From Octopus vulgaris (lineage: Eukaryota), in the NCBI GenBank assembly GCA_951406725.2, contig OX597823.1, forward strand, positions 70,618,001 to 70,682,000: 64,000 nucleotides of DNA, read 5' to 3'. Shown here piece by piece: positions 54,879 through 64,000 of the stretch. A program made the translations under genes and the position numbers. Under the pieces are notes generated by a model. That model made no database searches and was not told where the DNA came from. It was given only the letters and a program-made list of their open reading frames with translations. Position 1 is the stretch's first letter, and the number at the start of each line of letters is the position of its first letter.

Positions 54879-55139
54879 ATATATACACAACAGGAAAGAT
54901 AGGGTAAATGTTTTTATTTTTCATTCCTTTTCAGAATTGCAACTATTAGTGGCTTGGAGTTTTAACTGCTCTTTCTAGTGAGTCAGATGTCCTATTATGG
55001 TCATCTCTTACGTGTTTAAATGTACACTGTATTTTTCTATGAATAATATATAGTCTATTGAATAAATTTTTTCCTTCTCGCTAGACCACTGATAGCAAAG
55101 AATTTTTCTATAAATATTTTTTCTGCTACCCTAAGATTT

Positions 55140-55197
<58 letters not shown>

Positions 55198-55567
55198 AAT
55201 TAGAAGAAAACCACCTTTTATCAATTCAACAATGAAAGAATTAAATTCTACCATTTAGAAAAAATTACATCTTATAGAAAAATTAAATATACGATAAAAC
55301 ATATATCAATGATTGAGTAATGTGCAAAGTGATAAATAAAATGCCACACAGGTACTTTTATGTGTTCAATGCACAGGTGCTTTTACCTGAATATGTTTAT
55401 ATTTACAGTTGGATAACAGCAATTGAAGAAAAGAAAGAAATGCATATCTCTCTACTTTTTTTTCACCTCCCCCTCTCTGTGTATATATATGTACCTAACC
55501 CCCTTCACTCCTCTCCTCTCTTTCTCTCATACATGTATATATATATATATATATGTATCTTCTTCAG

Positions 55568-55761
55568 CTCCACTAGAACTCCTTGTTGAACCAGTCGGTC
55601 GCTTATTTGAACAGTTCCAGATACAGTTGCGTCATAAATATTCTCATGAACACTTTGATGGCAAGGACCTAGATCAGTCAGAGTCTGGTTCGAGTGAAGA
55701 TGAACTACCAGATGATGAAGATGAAACTCTACTTTTCAGCCTTGATCCTCGTGAATGGAAG
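55568..55761 (+). CDS. DNAJC2: DNAJC2 coding exon 2 (APLELLVEPVGRLFE...LDPREWK)
   Basis: Acceptor TCTTCTTCAG, donor AAG|GTATCT. Motifs VEPVGR.FE and LDP.EWK are characteristic of the zuotin/MPP11 N-terminus. Confidence 0.95.
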
Positions 55762-56788
55762 GTATCTGAAACATCTATTTACCAAATATTCCTTTATGTT
55801 TGTTTGTTTTTTTCTCCAGCCATCAGTAGCACCAAATGAGACCAACAGGAGCATCCTGTATAAACAATTTGATTAAAAGTAACTAGGCATGTACGTACTG
55901 TATTGGATCAACATTTTCCTCTCAGCTTCCTAAGAAGTGGAGAAGATGAGTAGCATTAAAGTATTAGCTTTGTGTTAGTTGACTCTTACTTGTTTATAAG
56001 AAGTAAAATATTGCATTTTGTTTACTGGAGCAAATAAATTTTGTAACTGAAATTTTTTCTACCAATAATCATTCTTTTAATAGTACTCTTGTTGATAAAA
56101 CCATCATATTTATTGTCTATTTTGATTCTCATTTCACATGTACACATTAATTCCTACCAATCTCTCCTCTATTTTACTTCACTGTTATCTACATGTTGTC
56201 ACATACATGAAGACAATGCCACCCATGTTGATAGGGTCCCTGCCATTATTCTATTGTCTTTGAGTTAGCTCTGCTTAAATAAATAAATTTTTGTAAGAGT
56301 AGATTGAGCACCTTATCTGTGATGAAAGCAATCAATCTAGAAGAAAACTCTAAAATTAATACCTTCTTCCAACATGCCCTAAGCCAACATGGAAAAGTAT
56401 GACTGATAAAACTAACATGCGGTATCTCATGCTGGTGTACATTCTGCTGTAGGCAGAGATAGCGGGAAATGATGACCTTGGAAGAAACATTCTGGTGTTG
56501 CTCAATCTGTCCATTAAAGTCACCAACCATGACATTTATCATTGAGGCAAACTTCAAGACATGGTCTTTTGCTCACCTGTCTGTCTAATTGTAGTGCATG
56601 TGGCAATCATATTACCTACAACTTGACTAAGCTTTATTATTCTGTCACCTTTATTTTGATTCTATCCATTTCTATGCTAACAACATTCCTACTCCATCAG
56701 CTCCAGCACTATTGTTGTATATCAATCGGATTACAGAGCTGTGATGAAAGGCATTCCAGCCAGATTCATCTGATCTTTTTTTTTTTTA

Positions 56789-57014
56789 TACTCTTACTCT
56801 TTTACTTGTTTCAGTCATTTGACTGCAGCCATGCTGGAGCACTGCCTTTAGTCGAGTAAATTGACCCGAGGACTTTGTAAGCCTAGTACTTATTCTATCG
56901 GTCTCTTTTGCTGAACCGCTAAGTTACAGGGATGTAAACACAGCAGCATCAGTTGTCAAGCGATGTTGGGGGGACAAACGTAGACACACAAACATATACA
57001 CACACATACATATA

Positions 57015-57054
<40 letters not shown>

Positions 57055-57234
57055 CATACATACATACATACGACGGGCTTCTTTCAGTTTCCATCTGCTA
57101 AATCCACTCACAAGGCTTTGGTAGGCCTGAGGCTATAGTAGAAGACACTTGCCCAAGGTGCCACGCAGTGGGATTGAACCCAGAACCATATAGTTGGTAA
57201 GCAAGCTACTTATCACACAGCCACTCCTGCACCT
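56789..57234 (-). mobile_element. SINE family A, full length, in DNAJC2 intron 2
   Basis: Matches the 15563 copy. Confidence 0.9.
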
Positions 57235-57459
57235 ATGTTTAATTTGTTTTACCTTTTTTAAAAGTAGAATATAATTTGAGCACAATTTTACTGCTGTTTT
57301 GTTCAGGTTCTGTATCCACAGAGACTCCCTTGGTTACTCCATTCCAAATTGTTTTATGAATAGAAAAATGTTGAAAAGTCATTCATAGTATTCAGGCAGC
57401 ATGTTAAATTGAAAGAATTTTCTGTAATATAATTCCTTAATAACCAATGTCTGTTGCAG

Positions 57460-57535
57460 AATCAAGATCACTATGCAGTCCTTGGACTCAAAAAGTTACG
57501 TATAAATGCCACAGCCAACCATATTAAAAAAGCAT
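57460..57535 (+). CDS. DNAJC2: DNAJC2 coding exon 3 (NQDHYAVLGLKKLRINATANHIKKA), J-domain start
   Basis: Acceptor TTGCAG, donor T|GTAAG. NQDHYAVLGL is J-domain helix I of zuotin/DNAJC2; phases are consistent. Confidence 0.96.
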
Positions 57536-58258
57536 GTAAGTACTAAAACTGTTATTACAAATTTAGATACCGCTGTATAAATAAATCTTTTTATACTTTT
57601 CTTTCAGACTAAGGTGTAAAAGTTATTCTGTATTAAAATGACATGGTTGATTATTTAAAATAGTGGGTCTTAAAATGACAGTAATCCCCTCTCTTTTCCA
57701 TTATTTCTGAAAATTTTTTTACACTCTCCTATTAACGAGCAGACAGTATAGAGTTTGCACCTGTGCCATTCTTCTTTGTTGGATAAGTTTAAATTAATCT
57801 TAATGTTATTAAACCAGATGATTTATCAATTTCTTTTCTTTATCTTTCTTCTTCCTAGTATTTTTACATCTTCTCTAATCTTCCATTTTCTTTCACCTTC
57901 TGGGTGCTTGATGTATTTATTTGTATTCTGCCTCATCAGTGAGGTAAATTTTCTGCTGATACCTTATAACTCGGACAAATTAGGTACCTGATGTGGTAGA
58001 TTTCTAAATCTCAGTTAGTGACAGCATCTGTCATGACTATCTGATAAAAAAAAAACTCTCCATAACAAGAGTAATCACTTCATATAAGAGCCACCTCCAT
58101 TACTACATGTCCTGGAGCATTACAGTATAATTACTAAAAATTTCACTTTTAATAACTATATTTTGACACTTTCAATATCAGGTACTCTCTTTTATTGTCT
58201 TCTTCCTAGCACTGAAGCCTTTACCCACACACATATATATATGTATGTATTTTTTTAG

Positions 58259-58351
58259 ATAAAGCTAAAGTCTTGAAGCACCATCCTGACAAACGAAGAA
58301 AATTGGGCAATATTGTGAAAGATGATGACTATTTTACCTGCATATCTAAAG
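58259..58351 (+). CDS. DNAJC2: DNAJC2 coding exon 4 ([31 protein letters not shown]), HPD motif
   Basis: Acceptor TTTTTTAG, donor G|GTAGG. Contains VLKHHPDKR and DYFTCI.K. Confidence 0.96.
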
Positions 58352-58584
58352 GTAGGTATTGTAACTTATTGAAGTTATTAGTCTTTGGGATAAAGCTTCC
58401 GAAAACATCTGTCTATCTTTATAATGTGCTGAATATTCATAATTGACTGTTATAAACTTGCTTTCTCATTTGGGTGGTATGGTGGTGGCCAAATGGTAAA
58501 AATATTGGTTTTAATTCCGTTTCCACTGTTTTTGTTCTTGCCTCTGGAGGGCATACTTATTGTGTGTATGTATGTAGTGGTCAA

Positions 58585-59196
58585 TATGGTTTCTGATTAC
58601 AAATATCTTGGGTCATACATATCATCATCTGAAAAAGATTTTCTAACTAGAAAGGGTATAGCCTGGTCAGCCTGTAATGATATGCATAAGATCTGGTCAT
58701 CAAATCTAAGTAGAGATTTCAAACTTAAAATCTTAAAATCTAAGTAGAGATTTCAAACTTAAAATCTTCAAAACGACAGTCGAACCAATTCTATTATATG
58801 GCTCAGAAACCTGGACGTTATCAAAGAAGCTTGAGAGGCGGTTGGATGGAACTTACACTCGCCTCCTTATGAGAGCTCAAAATCTCTCATGGACGCGTCA
58901 TCCAACCAAAGTACAAATATATGGGAAATTACCACCTGTATCATCTCTTGTGAAAGGTAGAAGAGTCCAGTTTGCTGGACATTGTTGTAGAGCTGAAAAT
59001 GAAGTAATTTCTACTCTTCTCTTCTGAAAGCCATCTGCTCGCGATACCAGAGGGCGCACACTCTCCTACCCTGATGTAATCTCCAGGGATACAGGCATCC
59101 AGCAACAGGACCTCCGTAATGCTATGATGGACCATGAAGTCTGGCGTAACATAGTAAATTCCATTGTCTCGACCACGGTTGAACAATGATGATGAG
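58585..59196 (+). mobile_element. RTE-like LINE 3' fragment in DNAJC2 intron 4
   Basis: DYKYLGSYI, VEPILLYGSETWTL, LDGTYTRLLMRA, FAGHC; small tandem duplication at 58702-58768; (ATG)n tail. Confidence 0.88.
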
Positions 59197-59692
59197 TGGT
59201 GTTTAAGATGCTGCATTGTTGACCTTGTCTTGAGTTCAAACTATTTTATTATGTTTTCTGGCTAAAGAAAACAAATACTATATTTTTCTATCTTGCAACT
59301 GAGCTACAACAAAATCATGAGCTTTACATATATTTGAATTGACACCTTCTATAAGATTATACAGACATTAGTAAGCTCAACTGATGTCAGGATACAGATT
59401 TGAAACTGTTAATAATTAGTGAGTGGAGTGTTTAATAGTCATTGCATTAATAGTAGTGGTTACAGACAAGCTAATAAGAATTGCTGTTCACCAGACAATT
59501 AGAATGCTCCCTTATTTGTTGGCATTATCACATCAATAGCACCTTGAGGTGTTAGATGACAAATACAAACCACTATCTCTACTCTAGGTACTTGTTACCA
59601 CCATCTCACAACATTCTGTCTCTCAACTGGTATCATTTATTTACATTAGATGTCCGTAACTGTACAGTTGAGTTTTCTGGTAACATTTACCA

Positions 59693-60081
59693 ATACTCTT
59701 TACTCTTTTACTTGTTTCAGTCATTTGACTGTGGTCATGCCGGAGCACCGCCTTTAGTCGAGCAAATCGACCCCAGGACTTATTCTTTGAAAGCCTAGTA
59801 CTTATTCTATCGGTCTCTTTTGCCGAACTGCAAAGTTACGGGGATACACCAGCATCAGTTGTCAAGCGATGTTGGGGTGACAAACACAGACACACATACA
59901 TACATATATATATACACATATACACGATGGGTTTCTTTCAGTTTCCGTCTATCAAATCCACTCACAAGGTATTGGCTAACCTGAGGCTATAGTAGAAGAC
60001 ACTTGCCCAAGGTGCCACGCAGTGGGACTGAACCCGGAACCATGTGGTTGGTAAGCAAGCTACTTACCACACAGCCACTCC
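59693..60081 (-). mobile_element. SINE family A in DNAJC2 intron 4
   Basis: Matches the 15563 copy; a deleted derivative also lies at 60360-60455. Confidence 0.9.
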
Positions 60082-60637
60082 AGCATAATCTAATCAATCA
60101 ATATGTAATCTAATCAATCTTAACTTAAATTTATCATATTTTATGTCATGAATATAGAAATGTTAGATATTTTGGCACTGCTTTGGCATGTGATTACAAC
60201 TTAAAGGGTGATTACTTTTGGTTACTTGTTAGTTTACTTTGCAATTTCTAAAAATCCTTAAGATGTTCGCTAAAGATTTTTTACAATAAATTCTTTTGTA
60301 CATACTTAGCATTATAAATGTATTTTTTCAAAATTCTTTAAGAAACCAAGAATAAACAGTACTCTTTTACTTGTTTCAGTCATTTGACTGTGGTCATGCT
60401 GGAGCACTGTCTTTTAGTCGAGCAAACTACTTACCATACAGCCATTCCTACACCTATATAATAATTAAAATAAGTGTGTAGATCACACAAGTTTAGCAGC
60501 CGTAATTTTGCAACGTAAAGAAACTAAAAACTAACCTAAAGCAATCACCCTTGAAGTTGTAGATCAAAGTAGGACCAAAATTTCTTTGTTTACTCTTCTT
60601 CTAACTTTATATTTTATTGGTGTCTTTTTTACTATAG

Positions 60638-60782
60638 CATATGAAATATTAGGAAATCCTGTGAAACGTCGAGCTTATGACAGTGTAGATGCTGAATTTG
60701 ACAATGATATTCCTTCCCTTTCAACAACTTCCAAAGAGAAGTTTTTTGAGGTGTTTGAACCAGTTTTCGAAAGGAATTCCAG
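60638..60782 (+). CDS. DNAJC2: DNAJC2 coding exon 5 ([18 protein letters not shown]...[14 protein letters not shown])
   Basis: Acceptor ACTATAG, donor AG|GTTTGC. End of J domain plus the [13 protein letters not shown] motif; later exons lie outside the window. Confidence 0.96.
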
Positions 60783-60965
60783 GTTTGCTTTCATTTCCAT
60801 TTGCCACTTCATCATCACTTTGAAGGATTTAAGTTGATTGTACTGATCTCAGAACTTATTCAGCCTTATTTTATAAAATTCTATTTGACAAACTGCCAAA
60901 TTACCGGACACAAAAGTTCACAGTATTGGTGTTTTTACATTGGCATTTACACACACACACACACA

Positions 60966-61091
<126 letters not shown>

Positions 61092-61096
61092 ATATA

Positions 61097-61166
<70 letters not shown>

Positions 61167-61169
61167 GTG

Positions 61170-61451
61170 TGATTGTTACCAGTATCGCCTTATTGGCACT
61201 CGAGCCCCATGCTAGTAAGGTGTTAAGAGCACCATCCGAGCGTGATCGTTGCCAGAGCAGCTATCTGGCCTCCGTGCCGGTGGCACGTAAAAAGCACCCA
61301 CCACACTCTCGGAGTGGTTGGCATTAGGAAGGGCATCCAGCTGTAGAAACTCTGCCAGATCAAGATTGGAGTCTGGTTTGCCAGACCTCAGTCAAAATCG
61401 TCCAACCCATGCTATCATGGATAGCGGATGTTAAACGATGATGATGATGAT
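61170..61451 (+). mobile_element. RTE 3' UTR fragment
   Basis: GGTGGCACGTAAAAAGCACC...terminal stem-loop, (ATG)n. Confidence 0.85.
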
Positions 61452-61789
61452 ATATATATATATTTGAGTGTGTGTGTAAGTGCATAGCTTAGTGTTTAAG
61501 GCATGGAATTCATGATTGTAAGATTGCAGTTTTAATTCCTAGACCAGGTGATTAATTGTGTTCTGCAAAGCATTTCATTTCACGTTGCTCCAATTCACTC
61601 AGCTGGCAAAAATGAGTAATCTCACAACTGATTCACATCCTGTATTGTGGGGAATATATATGCCATAGATTGCAGGAAACCAGCCTTATGAGCCTATGAC
61701 TTGGGAAGGGCCTTTCATCCTTTTTGATATATTGTAAAGGCAACACAAGAGAGACAAGGCTTAACTATTACAATAGCTTTGATGGGAAG

Positions 61790-62830
61790 AGAAAGAGTCT
61801 CTGTTTCAGATGTTAGTTCTTCATCAGAAGAAAGAGAAAAGTATAGATGGAGTAAGAAAGAAGATTGGTTAGAAGAGAGGAGGGGTGTGTGTGTATGTGC
61901 AAGTATAGAAGTGCATCTGTGTTTGGGAGGTGAGTGGTGTGTGGGTTTTTTTTGGGAGTTAGTAGGGTAGGTATGTAGAAGTTTGCAAGTGCAGAAGTAT
62001 ATTGGCAGGTTTGTGGGAGTCTGAGTTGTGTGTGTGTAAGGTGTGTGTTAAGTATATGAGGAATATGGATGTGAGCAGGAGAGAGTGGGTAAAAGCATGA
62101 AGTAAGAGGGAAGGCCAGTGGAATGTGGGAGGCATAGGAAGAGGGAAGGCCAGTGGAAAGTGAGTAGAGGAGTTGGATGTGAGACACTGTTTCATGGAAG
62201 GAAGGTGTGAACAAAATAAGTGGAAATTTGAGAGAAAGAGAAGTCAGAAAAATTATTTAACTTGTATAAAAATAGAGAGATTAAAATTACAAGTTCTGTG
62301 AGAGAAGAAAAGTTATTTAATTCTTTCAATACCAATCTGCCTGAAACCACCTCTGGCTCTGTAGTACAAATGACTTGTTTTCATAAGTTTTAAATTTAAA
62401 TCTTTGACCAAACCTTAGTCACAATTTGTGTTTCTAACACTAGCTTAATGATAACTAAGTTATTTTACTAAATTCTTTGTTATATTTAGAATTAATTGAA
62501 AGAGACACAGAGCATCTCAAAATAAATACAGTAACAAAAGGGTTAAGAAACTAAACAACACTGAAAAGTCCAACGGGGTTGGATGGAATATCCTAAGGAT
62601 GGTGAGGAACTTGTAAAAGAAATTTAGTTAGGTGAAGCACAGGGAAAGGCTTGACAAATGTGACAGGTGTGTGCATGTTTTGCGGGTATGAAGTGTTTTT
62701 ATATGGAAGAAAGAAAAAAAAGAAGAGAGAAGAAAAATCATGATTTTATGTATATGTAGATGGTAGAAAGTCAGGAAAGTCCATGGATGGTGAAGAAATA
62801 GTAAAATCCACAAGGAGAATTGGATAAGAT
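61790..62830 (-). mobile_element. Very decayed Penelope-like remnant
   Basis: Minus-strand traces FTISSPS..FPD and GY(P/S), ending in a hammerhead-like CTGATGA-AGA..TCT-GAAAC motif at ~61795-61835. Confidence 0.35.
62317..62546. mobile_element. piggyBac-like non-autonomous element
   Basis: TTAA at both ends; right end ...TAACAAAAGGG|TTAA, left end degenerate TTAA|TTCTTTC. Confidence 0.5.
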
Positions 62831-63439
62831 CTGCTGAGGAGAGAGAAATGTTAAGGTAGAATGTCATAGTGTGAAGAGTAAAGGGAAGTAAAAAGCAGGT
62901 GAGAATATGTAGGCACGTGGCTGTGAGGGTGTGTTAGCAAGTAAAAGAATCCATGGCTGGGAAGGTGAAACACTACTGTAACGCAGGAGAGGTGGAGGGA
63001 GGAAGTGGGTTGTGAGTGTACATGTGGTGGACATTGTGTGTGTGTGTGTGTAAAAGTAAATATGTGTGAGTATGCATGTGTCAACAAGACAATGTGTGTG
63101 GGTATGTATGTGTGTTAACTTGCGAACATACAAGGGTGTGTCAAGGAGACAAGATGGTAGAAGAGACATGCGTCTTTGTATGTGAGAGGTGTGGTGTGGT
63201 GGAGTGGAGGGACATAGTTTCTGTTTACCAAATTCTACTCACAAGATATTAATGAACCAACTGCTATACTAGAAAGTATTTGGGAAAGGTGCCATGCAGA
63301 GATTGAACCTTAAATCCTGTATTCGTGAAGTGTATATCTCAAGCCCATGGCAATGCATTTTACAAAGTTTTGCTTATAAGATTTTTTCCTTTTGTGTTGT
63401 GTTTGAATTTAAATTGAAGTTGTTAGTTTCAATGTAGCT

Positions 63440-64000
63440 GCTAGAATAAGAATGTGGCTGGGCAAAGTTCAGAGAGCTTCCACCTTTGTTGGCAACAAAG
63501 GGCCTCTACCTCAGAGTGAATGAGATAGTGTTTGATGCCTGTGTTCAAGCAGCCATGCTACATGGCAGTGAAACATGGGCTGTGACTGTAGAGGCTGTGT
63601 GAAGGCTCGAAGGAATCGAAGCTAGCCTGCTGTGCTGAATGTGTAATGTAAGTGTTCATACAAGACAGAGTGTAGGTGTCTTAAGAGAAAAACTGAGTAT
63701 AAGAGATATTGGATATAGTGTGCAAGCGAGAAGACTCTGCTGGTATGGTTGTGATGCATATGGACAAGGACAGCTGCATAAAGAAGTGCTGGTCTTTAAC
63801 TGTGGAAGAGGTTGACCCAAGATGATGTGGGACGAAGTCATGAAATATGATCTTCAGATGTTGATCTTCAGAGGCAGTAGCAAATGACAAACTTCCTGCA
63901 AATTGCTGTGCTTGAGAAGACATGTCAAGCTGAATGATATTGTGGTCGTGGCCAGTGCTGGTGACACATGAAAGGCACCCATGCTGGTGTTATGTAAAAG
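63440..64000 (+). mobile_element. Diverged RTE LINE 3' fragment
   Basis: Homologous to 46410-47100 (AKFRELPPLLATKG, AMLHGSETWAVT). Confidence 0.85.

Noticed and set aside
61847-61970. AG|A TGG AGT AAG AAA (RWSKK) as possible DNAJC2 exon 6
   Set aside because: The acceptor has a purine-rich upstream tract and the continuation lacks the conserved VP.LG...FY.FW..F.SWR sequence; the region looks like a decayed repeat.

Overview
AT-rich, repeat-dense eukaryotic DNA. The SINE/LINE families and the very high (TA)n/(TATC)n/(TACA)n microsatellite load look like an octopus (coleoid cephalopod) genome; this is inferred from recognition, not from a search. One protein-coding gene is well supported: the first five coding exons of DNAJC2 (MPP11/zuotin-related J-domain co-chaperone) on the + strand (42369-60782), with GT-AG introns and consistent phases; it continues beyond the window. 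Two candidate minus-strand start exons (40798-40845, 29126-29322) hint at a divergent neighbouring gene. The rest is mostly transposon debris: RTE, CR1-like, L1/Tx1-like, Penelope-like and R4-like non-LTR elements, a decayed Gypsy, mariner/pogo/hAT/piggyBac remnants, non-autonomous Helitrons, MITEs and three tRNA-derived SINE families. Most notable: (i) a Tx1/L1-like retrotransposon whose two copies are both embedded in (TATC)n, one with a twin-priming inversion; (ii) several minimal hammerhead-ribozyme motifs, best at 38904-38946; (iii) a PHD finger inserted inside an RTE reverse transcriptase; (iv) a LINE and a SINE sharing a 3' tail; (v) several long fold-back hairpins. Nearly all ORFs in the supplied track are microsatellite artefacts. 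No CRISPR array, rRNA or genuine tRNA gene was seen.
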